DNA of 53,716 nucleotides, filler included, from Circinaria calcarea (GCA_051942165.1; 3 parts of 3 records of this genome joined end to end with filler, not necessarily neighbours in it), one strand, 5' to 3'; positions 25,140 to 35,664 are shown, counted from the whole stretch's first letter. Notes: generated by a model from the sequence alone, not told the origin. Numbers and translations: made by a program.

Positions 25140-26164
25140 TTATAGTTGCCCCTCCTTACCCTCTCTCGAAAACGTGGCCGGCTTTCTCCTACCGGCACAG
25201 AACTCGAAGATCCACACCAATGCCGCTAGGAGCATCAGCGCGGTTGCAGCCCATGTCATACCCATGAAGGCATTCCCCCTGTACGCGGCGATACCGATTG
25301 GTTCTCCATATGTACGGAGGGCACTGACAACTCTGGAGGCAATGACCGTGGAGATTGCAGAAGCGATGCCCAGACAGAGAAATGCCAGCTAACAGCCAGA
25401 GTCAGTAGCTGTAACCAAGAACTAATAACTCGGGAATACTTACAAAATCGAGCATGAAGTTGAGAATTGCGCTCAGCCTTCCCCCATTGATCAACCCAAT
25501 GATCGCCCCGATTATCGCCAGGCCCGCCAAGGCTGCCCCTACACAATAAAGTACAAACATTACCTTACTGGCAATCGCGACGGCCCTGACGGCATTCTGG
25601 ATCGAAGACGGCCAGTTCAGGTCTGAAAGAGTGACTCCAGGTCTAAGCTCACTTTGCAGAATGGCGGTTGGGTCGAAGTTAAAGAGGGCTCTCTGGTTGG
25701 AACATCGGGTAATGTTTTTGGTCGGATTCGAGGTCTGGTTCGCGATGGCTGTCGGAGAGTAGTTGCCCTGAGCGAAATAAGATTATGATACAGATATACA
25801 GGTAGATGCCGCCGACGTACCTCGCAATAGTTCAGAATGTGCGCACTGTAAAAGTCCTGGATATTGATGGCTCTGGCGATATCGTTGACAGCGCCATTGA
25901 TCCTGCCTGCAACATCGCCTTCGATTTCGTTGATAAAAGAGGACAAGGTTGATGATGTGTTGAAGGAAGCCCCGATCATAGAAGTGTTTAGCTACCAGAT
26001 GTTAGTCGTGCAAAAAGTGGAGTAGAGATTCAAAGGACGTAGCTTACGGTCAAGATATCGGCATTTGGAAGGAATCCAGGCCTCGAGCCTGCAAAGATGG
26101 AAAGCAGAGAGAGTATGAGCGCTGCTATCGCGCAAAGGACTGGCAATATCGCCGTGAACCGCAT
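25140..26164 (-). CDS. SUR7/PalI family membrane protein
   Basis: MRFTAILPVLCAIAALILSLLSIFAGSRPG N-terminus, IQDFYSAHILNYCEG motif, hydrophobic C-terminal helices (AFMGMTWAATALMLLAALVWIFEFCAGRRK); multiple GT-AG introns; TAA at 25140-25142. Confidence 0.85.
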
Positions 26165-26629
26165 GGCAGAGGAGGGGCTAGAGGCAAAAAGGTTCTTGGA
26201 GTAGCTTGGGTATGTCCGCAGGGAAAAGACGCTTCCTGGTAGCAAATGGAATTCGCGAAGCCTTTCAATGACCCCTTTGATGTTTGTCTAGGTAATAGCG
26301 AGTGTGTCAGAGGGGAAGTAACAGTGATGCCGTTTTCCACAAACTCAGACAATCGTTCTGCTTTTGTTTACTCGGTTCTTCCCGAAGACCCTTGTAGAAT
26401 GACGCGCATTGGTTGAGGCGTAGAGTGGCTATAATTAGATTTCAGGGTCTACGGTGATTTTACACGTCATATCGGTTGTCAGTGGGTTGTCAGGCCTCGC
26501 CACAGCAACCAAATCGCCTTTGTCCATCTTATTCCTCCCTATTCATCAACAGACATTGGCAAGTGAAAGGCTCGTATACTACCAGTAAATACTTCGAGAC
26601 CGGGTGGCAAAAACAAAAACAATGACAAA

Positions 26630-26722
26630 ACATACAACAGCTGGTATTCGCTGGTGGTCACCCACCCAACTACTAATCAGCCGATCTCAAGCTTATACAT
26701 GGCAGAGCGGACGGGATGCCCA
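26630..26722 (-). pseudogene. 5S rRNA copy lacking the first ~26 nt
   Basis: Reverse complement TGGGCATCCCGTCCGCTCTGCCATGTATAAGCTTGAGATCGGCTGATTAGTAG...TGTTGTATGT plus T-run is near-identical to the 18602 gene. The 5' end is replaced by AT-rich sequence. Confidence 0.9.
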
Positions 26723-27105
26723 GATACTTATATATCTGGTAAAAATAAATTCATTTTGGAAATAACAAAATACTTATTTACACTTCTTAGCGCAGTTTTC
26801 AGATGCTTTTGAATATTTATTTTCTAACTGCTTTAATCATGCATTACCCCATAAGCATAATTATTACGAAAAGCGTAGCTAAAATTTAGAAGGCAGTGAG
26901 TGCACTTTGCGGCACATGATTGAAAGCGGCTCAATCGCATGTAACAGAAAAAAGCCACGCTTACGGAGTACCTTTTCAATAAACCTTGCGCATGTTTTTG
27001 GATCCTCTTTCGAAGGGTGCAAGGAATGCGGGCTAGGTATTGCACCTCCCTGTCCATGCATATGGATAATACGTTCCTGAGCGGCTGACCTTCGACTTTA
27101 GCTGG

Positions 27106-27929
27106 CTAACAGCGTAGTGTCGGATAGCAAGCCGTATGCTCCACCGCCCAATCCGCCAGCGCATCCCAATCTCCGCATATCCTCAACTGGCCATCGCCGG
27201 TCTCTGTGGTTCCCCCGGGGAAAACGAGTGGCATATCGTCTGCACGGCAAACGATGGCCTGGCGGAGTACATCGTAGCAGTGGTTGACATGGTACATGGT
27301 ATCATTGAGTGACTTTCCGCCGATGAGGTCGAGCATGGCCTCACGAAGGTATATCTGGAGGAGCATGGTTATTGAGGCAACGAGTATGGGAGTTGATCAA
27401 CCGCGATGAGCTTACCACGCAATGCAACTGGTGGATTCCGTCAAGGACGTAGAGGCCCTTGGTGGAATCATCGGGCATGGCCCTAGATGGGGGAAGGTTG
27501 TGCTCCTCTGCCCAGCTGCGGGAGAGAGCTACGAAGCCGTTCACGGTGTAGGAATCCCACGCCTGCTGGGCGACGGCTTGATCATCAGAGCTGAAGGCCG
27601 TAGAGGTATGAATGGTCCGCCAGGTGGGGCGTAAGGACTTGATACCAGCTACGGGCAGCGTTAGCGAACCATTTGAAAGGAAAGTCGGAATCACAAAGGT
27701 CACTGTAGGAGCCCGCCGTCTTATCTTGCTTGCAAGCACGTAACCTCAGCGAGGTAACAATATTCAAACCAAGTAAGAGAACAATCAGAAATGCCGTGGC
27801 AGTGATCAGAATGGTTTTGCGGGCCTTGATTTTCCATGATGTAGCGAAGGAAGACTTGGGGGAGTATCCAGGAAGAAGATGGACTTCATCGCTAGCCTCG
27901 ACAGATTTGCGGATCGGCTGATAGGTCAT
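27106..27929 (-). CDS. DUF3328 / UstYa-like oxidase 1
   Basis: Three exons: N-terminal TM helix (TILITATAFLIVLLLGLNIV), QQAWDSY, GLYVLDGIHQLHCV and YHVNHCYDVLRQAIVCRADD (two HxxHC motifs), TGDGQLRICGDWDAL tail. Confidence 0.93.
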
Positions 27930-29094
27930 AGTCAACCGGAGGGCTGCCACTAGCACTGAACGATGACGACAGGGATGGGCAAGCAGCGACAGGAAAGGCA
28001 AATGTAGAAGCAGTATTTTACAGAGCCAATTCTCGATTGCAATCAGAAAAACCATCCTTCACTGAGTCGTAAGGCTTTCATTTCTGGTTCGTGCTGACAG
28101 TGTCAGAGTGGTACGGAGTAGCACTCTACGGAGTAGCTGCATACAACAGCAAGGCACATACTGCATTGCTTATCTTTACGGCATCTTCCACCCGAGCCAC
28201 ATAGCCATTGGTACGGTCTCTGTTTCTGCAGCGCTACATATCTCCTAACCTGGTCTCCAGGCCGTCCCTCATCTTGTGCCTAGGCGTGGAAGGCGGGAAA
28301 TGATTGCTGCGACTGTGCCCACGATGTTCTGGGGTAGACATTAAGTTGCTGGCATCCGCCGTACAGACGGCAAGATCCGTCCCGAAAATGTGAGTGGAGG
28401 ATTTGAGTCCTTGCAGGAACTGACACGCCATGCATGTATTCCGTACACGGCAGAGAAATTAGATGGCTGAGGCTACTACTGGTCTGGTCATCCGATCCCA
28501 TCCCTATACAGAGACCATTAACAAGCCATTGAGGTTACCTGAGTAAGGATAGTTGTTGGTCAGAAAACGGAGGTGGTATAAGATACAGTAAGTCTGGAAG
28601 ATGTTAAGGTAAGCGCGGAATGCAAATATCCCCAGCCAATCCAATTGATATTCTACTTTACGTGTAGAGTGGTCCCCACCTAGCATTGTGCTGTGTTAAT
28701 AAGCCTTTTTCCGGCCAATATAATGGCAAAGATTCTAGGGCATTAATGCCGTATATGATAAACTCCTTACCGAGCTCATCTAAATGCCCTAATTATCAAT
28801 TAACTTTCTACGTGGCAATTTTCTGTTCCTTTTATTACAAGATTATTGATAATATAATAAAAATAATAATTAGCAAGCTTTCAAACTCTTTTCTATGAAA
28901 AACAATTTGCCACGAATATGCTCTTTCCATATTTTATATAACCGACTTCTTCCGTCATGTCTTGTGTCTGTGGTTGCTCGTAAGTTGGACTGTTTATAAA
29001 CCAGGAGATTCGCGAATCCTCCTTGAACCTACTTTGAGCCTTCTCATTCCACTTCGATAATGATGCCATTATCTGAAGGAGTAAGGTTACGTTT

Positions 29095-29404
29095 TCACTT
29101 TTGTCTAATCTCCGTCCCCTCTTTTCCAGGGACAGCAGAACGCTTCCAGCCTTGGCCGATCTCCGTCCCCTCTTTTCCAGGGACAGCAGAACGCTTCCAG
29201 CCTTGTCCTATTTCAGTACCCTCTTTTCCTGGCATAGCATGTCGCCGCCAACCTTGTCCAATATCTGTTCCCTTGTTATGAGGCACTTATTTGGTTAGCC
29301 GCATGGGGTCGTTCGATGGATGCTAATAGCTTACCTGGTACTGGGGCTGCAACTCCCAAAGAGACAAGGGCAAGAGCCAAGACGAAGACACTTTTGCAAT
29401 GCAT
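29095..29404 (-). CDS. Kex2-processed repeat precursor peptide (fungal RiPP precursor), 86 aa
   Basis: Exon 29335-29404, 49-nt intron 29286-29334 (GTAAGC..GCTAAC..AAG), exon 29095-29285: MHCKSVFVLALALVSLGVA-APVPVPHNKGTDIGQGW-RR-HAMPGKEGTEIGQGW-KR-SAVPGKEGTEIGQGW-KR-SAVPGKEGTEIRQK*. It has a signal peptide and dibasic-delimited repeats, and lies between two DUF3328 genes. Confidence 0.9.
29101..29272. repeat. 51-bp coding tandem repeat (about 3.4 units) in the precursor gene
   Basis: ATCTCCGTCCCCTCTTTTCCAGGGACAGCAGAACGCTTCCAGCCTTG occurs twice exactly (from 29108 and 29159), followed by diverged units. Confidence 0.92.
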
Positions 29405-30267
29405 CTTTGAGGTTAGACGAGCGTTGAAACAAATATGGCTGTGGAAGATGCTGGCGACTGAGTTGCTGGAGAAAGCGATGCATGAAAATACTCGAGACTT
29501 GGAGACTTCTTATAGCCCTCCCAGAAGGCATTGCTTGCCCCGTGCTCGCAGAATGCCATCCGTCATAACCGTCTCTGTTGTTGCAGGAGGACTGATATTC
29601 CGCCTGCTTCGCCAACGCCGGCCCTACGCCTCCCGGAGGAGGATCTCGGCAAGATAAGCTTGTTGTAGATTTCGTTCTTTGCATGGCGTTACATTGCATA
29701 TATAGAGCATGTATGTCCATTATTGACACTACGATGACGGTGTGCCTGCTACCGATGGTGTACTGCGCTTCGTTGCTGCTGGGGCTTTGGCTCAGCCGTC
29801 AGACTGGCCGAGGCTACTCAAATGTCACAGCCTTACTACGGGTACGTGGCACAGGGATGATCGGCAGTCCTTGCCGTCTGCAAGGCATCCAAAGTGCGTC
29901 ATCTTTTCGACACCGTATATTCATATCAGTATCTCTCAAGCATGGTGTCGATTTTCAGCCCATCACAAGATTCCTTTCCATTATGTCATTCAATTGGAAA
30001 TCAACGCCCCGTCCCGGGCCTTAATCTTTAGTTGCAGAAGTAGGCTACTCTGGGCGGCGGGTTTTAAGATCTTTGTTTAGCTAATATCATAAAGCTCTTA
30101 AACAGTGGCATAAAAAGTCTGAGGCATATATGCAGTCGCAGTTGCTTTCTTATATGACATTCAAAGCTAACATCATGTCTTCCGCTTAAAGGTGACAACA
30201 TATGCGGGTCACTTAGGCGCAAACTGCCGTAGCAGGGCACGCGTCCACTATCCACAGGACAGTAATG

Positions 30268-31818
30268 CTAGGATCCTGAACACGTCCCCGAACAAACAGC
30301 TGGTACTGTCTCAACTCCAGACATCGTAGCCATTCCAAGTACCATGGCTCTAATTCCTTTCGAGTCCAGCCTAGGATGGGCGACCTGATAATCATGCTGA
30401 AACTTAACGTCCCTTTCATCGGTTTCAAAAAGGGTCATATCAAAACGTGCGACAGTCGCGATAGTTAGATATAGTTCTGCATGGGCCAAATTAATCCCAA
30501 TACATTTCCTTGGACCTCTTCCGAAGGCAAATTGATATTTACGTCGTGTTGCATTCTCGGGTCCAAGCCATCGCTCCGGATTAAAGGCCCAGGGCTCAGG
30601 AAATATGCCCTCATCGGTGTGGACGCAAAGAGATGTCATACTTATAGGCGTACCCGGAGGAATAACGTAGTTGTTATACTGAAGAGCTTCGTCAGGCGCG
30701 ATTCGACAATTTCTTTTTGTCAGGCCAAATGACAGTCTATTCCCTTCGGCTATCACAGCACTAAGGTAAGAAAGCTGCTCTAGTTCCGTAAGACTCGCCG
30801 TGTCGGGAAGCGACTGAAGCTCGGATCGCACCTTCGATAGCACCTTCGGATTGGCCAGAAGGTAATAGTGAATAATGCCAATGGATTTAGCAGTTGATTC
30901 GGTTCCAGCCAATATTAATAAGGTCCCTTCTTGTTCTAGTCGCAATAGACTTTTCTCAAACTGCGGAAGTACTGGGTTATCAAGGAGTTCACAGAATATG
31001 GAGCGCTTTTCATATGCTTCGGTCTTTCCATCGAGCACTTTCTGAATCTCGCCACGAATTTTCTTCGAAAATCTGACCATGTCAAGGACGCCTGGTGGTA
31101 AAAACCACTGGCTGATAGAAGTTGATAGTTTTTTGGTTATCATAACCATCCAAGGGAAATGGGAGCGAAGTTTAACCCCAAGCAATAACCTTGTCAGATT
31201 TTTCCGTAAGACAGAAGCTTGCGTAAGATCCCCCAAAAGATTATCGTTGGAACCGAAACTATACTGTGAGACCACATCCATAGCGAGAGCGTAATACGCA
31301 TCGGATAGATTGATCGGCGTCTGTTGCCGCATACATTCCTCAAGTCGTCGGCGGAGCTTTTGCACATTTCCCGCGATCATGGGCCCGAGGCTAACAACAC
31401 TCTTCTTACTGAAAAAGGGGTTGAGCGCCTCCCGTCGCTTTTTGTGAAGGTCATGGTCCGCAGTACCTCCTACCGCGAATCCAACGTCAAGGTTCCGAGC
31501 CTCTTCCTTGTCCCGTCTACGAGTACCTGGAGCATAGATGGTGTCCAAAAAGCTAAGATCATTGACGTGGACCTCATTCGGTGCGATCCGTACAATCGTA
31601 CCATATTCGCTGTGGAGGTCTTTGATCTTCCAGACATACTTGCCCGGCAATACCACATCATAGTATATCTCGTACCACGACGTTAATGCGGCAAGTTTTG
31701 GACCCGGTATGTTGGCTAAAGGATGAAGGAAGAGTCTGTAAGCTATGCCACAAGCGACCCATCCAAGGCCTACGACAGTAAAGGTAGCAGCAAGCTCTGT
31801 TACAGAGAGCCACTGCAT
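30268..31818 (-). CDS. Cytochrome P450 (trichodiene oxygenase-like group), intronless, about 516 aa
   Basis: Start MQWLSVTEL, TM anchor, HPLANIPGPKLAA, VRIAPNEVH, AGTEST I-helix, EGNR, PERW and FGRGPRKCIG heme motif in one ORF. Confidence 0.95.
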   Translation of the reverse strand: MQWLSVTELAATFTVVGLGWVACGIAYRLFLHPLANIPGPKLAALTSWYEIYYDVVLPGKYVWKIKDLHSEYGTIVRIAPNEVHVNDLSFLDTIYAPGTRRRDKEEARNLDVGFAVGGTADHDLHKKRREALNPFFSKKSVVSLGPMIAGNVQKLRRRLEECMRQQTPINLSDAYYALAMDVVSQYSFGSNDNLLGDLTQASVLRKNLTRLLLGVKLRSHFPWMVMITKKLSTSISQWFLPPGVLDMVRFSKKIRGEIQKVLDGKTEAYEKRSIFCELLDNPVLPQFEKSLLRLEQEGTLLILAGTESTAKSIGIIHYYLLANPKVLSKVRSELQSLPDTASLTELEQLSYLSAVIAEGNRLSFGLTKRNCRIAPDEALQYNNYVIPPGTPISMTSLCVHTDEGIFPEPWAFNPERWLGPENATRRKYQFAFGRGPRKCIGINLAHAELYLTIATVARFDMTLFETDERDVKFQHDYQVAHPRLDSKGIRAMVLGMATMSGVETVPAVCSGTCSGS

Positions 31819-32641
31819 GACGAAGAGATTCCGGGCGCCGAGTCGGAAGACAGCCGGCAGAGGTGGAAAGAAGGCGGGGTGCTGTATACAACGTAATGCT
31901 ATCCGGAATCTAGACCGGGAACCGGAAACGAAAAGGCAAAATGTCCAGGCGGCCTGCACACACTCACTTCATAGCAGTATTGACAGCATGATGGCTGTCT
32001 TTATGTGCGCACCTGTCGGAGGTAGAAGGAGGACTTTACCGACCCGCCTTAGGTATCAACGCATCTTAGCAATACCCCGAGAATATCCCGTGCCTTGACG
32101 GCTCGGGTATCACGATCAGCGGCCCCGAGTACCGACACACCGGTAAGCTAGAGAACTGCACGCTAATGGCGCAATTTGGCATACCATGTAAATGTAACCT
32201 CGCACAGCAGACCGGACTACGCCACGGAGCATCTACTCCCGACGTTCGATCGAGCAGATACTCTCCCGTTAAAGGATTGTGATCCTAGCGATATTCAAGT
32301 AAGCCGGGTGTATCCCCATATACCTTGCTCTATGCAGCAAGCACATCGACACGTTCGACAGAGGCACAGCCTGGAGCGTGACAGCCGGCCTTCCTTTGCG
32401 CATGGTTAGGGTGGGAGCCTCGTTTCATTCCGGCAGCTACCCTTGTATACCTAGCACCTATCACTACCCCCATACATGAGTTTGTCTCTATCTCGCGGCG
32501 GAGGCTGCTACCCCAATTCTGCTATTGTGCTATCTCGACCTCCGCAGTCACACCCTTCAGCGCGGTATAGCCTTACATTGGGCTCGACAGTGGCCTTCAG
32601 TTTGAAGAGAGCGAGCCATTCTCACAATGCGGTCCATGTAC

Positions 32642-33507
32642 TTACCACCTGTCTACAATAATACCGTCGGTTCCATCATCACAGTGGCCGAAATGGTCCT
32701 TGATAGGGATTGCGTCGATAGAGTCTCGATAACATGCAGAATTGGCTGTAGCCCAGTCACGTAGAGCTGTCCAATCTCGGCATTTTCGAAGCTGACCATC
32801 CCCAGTCTCATTTCGTCCCCAGGTGTATAATAATGTATCGCCTGCAGTGCACATCACATACTGACGCAGGCTGTCAAAGCAATGCGTTGAATGTTCACTG
32901 GGAAAGGTCAAAGACTGTCCTCTGGCTAGTTCGAAAAAGGTCTTCCGAATTATAGTCTGGAGGCGGTCAGAGGGTATGACGCACTACTATCAAGAACTTG
33001 AAGCACTTACTAGACAGTGGAGCTGATGATAGGCGTCGATTATATACACTCCCTTACTTTTATCACTGGGCAAGCTCATGGTATCCGGTAGTCGTTTATC
33101 GATGGCCCACTTATAGTCCACAGCAACCAAACCGTGAGCGGGAATGATGGTATCCCAAGCCCTATCAACAGCCGGGATATCCTTGATATCAGGGGAGCTA
33201 TACCTCGACCACCAGGCGTATTGAGTCCATCTATCTGGAGAGGAAGAAAAATCTATTAAGATTCGATACGATATCAGCTCAATGCGTATAGATCTTAGGT
33301 TTTGTGAGACATACTGTAGACCTCATTGATCTGGCTCGACTTCTGACGAAGCACTATCACCACCAACACCGAGATTAACAGAGCAGAGATAATCAATAGA
33401 ATGTCCTTCCAGAACAGTATCGCCGCCTTTGCCATTGTCTTCAACTTGCTGTTCTTCTCAGACTCGTTCCAGCCCAATGGGGAGTAGGAATGCTCTGATG
33501 GAGCCAT
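32642..33507 (-). CDS. DUF3328 / UstYa-like oxidase 2
   Basis: Three exons: MAPSEHSYSPL, TM helix (ILLIISALLISVLVVIVL), DRAWDTI, GVYIIDAYHQLHCL, EHSTHCFDSLRQYVMCTAGDT, TGDGQLRKCRDWTAL. Confidence 0.93.
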
Positions 33508-34141
33508 TGGGGAGTTAATAGTGCTGCACGATTGAACCGATATTCTCAGAAGAAAGGCATGGGGGGGGGGAGCGAAGTGTTTGGAAGCTACCATACAAAA
33601 GATTATGCTCGACTATTAGGAAACTAATGGCCGTGTATCTACAGAAGGGTGCATCATGCTCCAGCCTCTGTGACCGTCCTTGCTCCTCTCTGCCACTTAT
33701 CATTAGTTCCCGGCCTGATGATTCTTCACAGACGGGACGATCAGGGATTGCAGCACTACAAGCCAGGCCCGGCACAGCAGTCAAACCTTCATGCAGGCAT
33801 CAGGCATCAGGCATCAGGTTTGCATGCCACCACATCGTTCTGAAAACGTGCATGAATCGCGGAAAAGAGCGGGACACCATGCACGCATTTGTTTTAATGG
33901 AAGCTGTTTGGTGTAACATGGTAGCCTGATCTCGGCAGCTTCTTATCTCGCGCAAATCGGGGAACACGGACGGCTCCCACGCCTTCAACTCCCTTACGCT
34001 GTTGTTGTTCGAACGCTGACCCCTCCTCGACGACTTTTATGACATCCTTTCCTCCCTTCGACCTACACATCCTATTGTGGTTATCCGAGTCCTCGATTTC
34101 TCTCCCGACGCCCCCCAGCGGAAGCCTGGCGTACGATCATC

Positions 34142-35664
34142 ATGCCTTTGATAACTCCAAAGAGTCTCATCGCTGTGGGCAGTATCCTACCGACTCTTGC
34201 CGCCGTTGCTGTTGTCCTACGCTTTCATGTCCGACGCGCTCGGACAGCGTTCATTGGAATAGATGACTGGTTGATCCTCTTCGCGTTGGTAAGTTAATGC
34301 TGAGTCTGCCGGATTGGTTGTGCTGATCCCTGCTCCCTAGATCCTCTGTATTGGGTTGGGCATTTTGGAGATTGTTGGTACGCTGATACCATCTAACCTT
34401 CTTGCACCTTTGGAATAACTCCCTTATTCCCGTAGGGTCCGCACTCCACCTTTTGGGACAACCATTGCCAATGGGTTCAGGCCCGAAAGGGTTCGCTTTT
34501 GTGCTCACCCCGGAACTTATCAAAGTTGAAAAGGTACGAGGCCCGAGAGCAAGGGTGGCTCGAAGAGGAACAGAACCGCTGATGTATTATAATAGTTGAA
34601 ATTTGTGATGAACTTGTCTCAAGTATGGGCCTTTGGTTGCATCAAGCTTTCTGTGATATTCTTCTATCGGAGAATTTTTCGAGGAAAGCTTTTTGAAATT
34701 TTTTCCAAAATCATGATCGGAATTGTTATTACTTGGACTCTAGCGTTCTTCTTTTCATACCTCTTCGAATGTGGAACTAACTTTGGGGCGAATTGGTCGA
34801 CGCTGCACGTGCTTATAACTGAATGTAATAAGCAACATGCATATCAGGAGGCAATGGCAGTCTCCGATGTCCTTACAGACGCCTTGATCTTAATGATGCC
34901 TATTCCGTCGGTATATTACACCAATTAGCTACTTCCGTCAACCTTCCTCTCTGCTAACGTTCTTTAGATTTGGAAATTAAATTTGTCCACGGGTCGAAAA
35001 ATCGCCGTTAGCGGGGTGTTTTTCCTGGGTGCAGGGTGAGTGCATGGAATAACCTACTTCATCCTTGAAAGTAATTATGGAACCGGGAGTAACGAGATTG
35101 CTGGGTTCTAGAGCTACCGCGACCAGTATTGCACGACTCGCAATCTTTGAACGGCGGATTATTGGTGAGACCATGCGCTTGCCCAAGTGCGAGAAAGAAA
35201 CACTTGCTCACCGGAGAGACAGGATCTTATGCAAATTCGCAAGGCATTAGTAAGAGCTCAACCATACCTGCTCGGGATCGCTAACTGACGTTTATTCAGT
35301 AATTATTTCCACATGGCAATTTTTCACCATGATCGCAATGGGGGTCTCCATCATAGCTGCCTGCATGCCGACACTAAGACCCTTGTTCGGCGAGGTATCC
35401 CTTCAGCAATTGTCCCAGCTCCGGAGAATCTTCACCCTGCACTCGCTCTCCTCTCTGGTCCGCAGAGGCGGTCAGACATCCCGGTACAGCAACGACCTTG
35501 AGAACGGGTCGAATTCGACCGTTGTCAAGATGGTGCATCCGGTCTCCGATGGGGAGGTTGATACCAAGGCTTATGGTATGACGGACTTTGGTGCGCAGCA
35601 TGATATGCCCCCGGGGAAAATCATAGTTCAGAATCAGATCTCCCAATACTCCTCGGGTTATTGA
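34142..35664 (+). CDS. PTH11-like (rhodopsin-domain) integral membrane protein, multi-exon
   Basis: MPLITPKSLIAVGSILPTLAAVAVVLRFHVRR..IDDWLILFAL, IKLSVIFFYRRIF, DVLTDALILMMPIP, IWKLNL..KIAVSGVFFLG, VSIIAACMPTLRPL; several GT-AG introns; some internal exon boundaries uncertain. Confidence 0.85.

Noticed and set aside
29101..29272. 51-bp direct repeats as a CRISPR-like array
   Set aside because: No unique spacers, eukaryotic context, and the period equals 17 codons of the precursor.
29095..29404. Canonical alpha-type mating pheromone precursor
   Set aside because: It lacks the paired Cys and N-terminal WC motif, and it is embedded among DUF3328 and P450 genes; a RiPP precursor fits better.
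31819..31959. Longer N-terminus of the P450 given by the ORF track
   Set aside because: The extension precedes the typical membrane anchor; the ATG at 31818 gives a normal-length P450.
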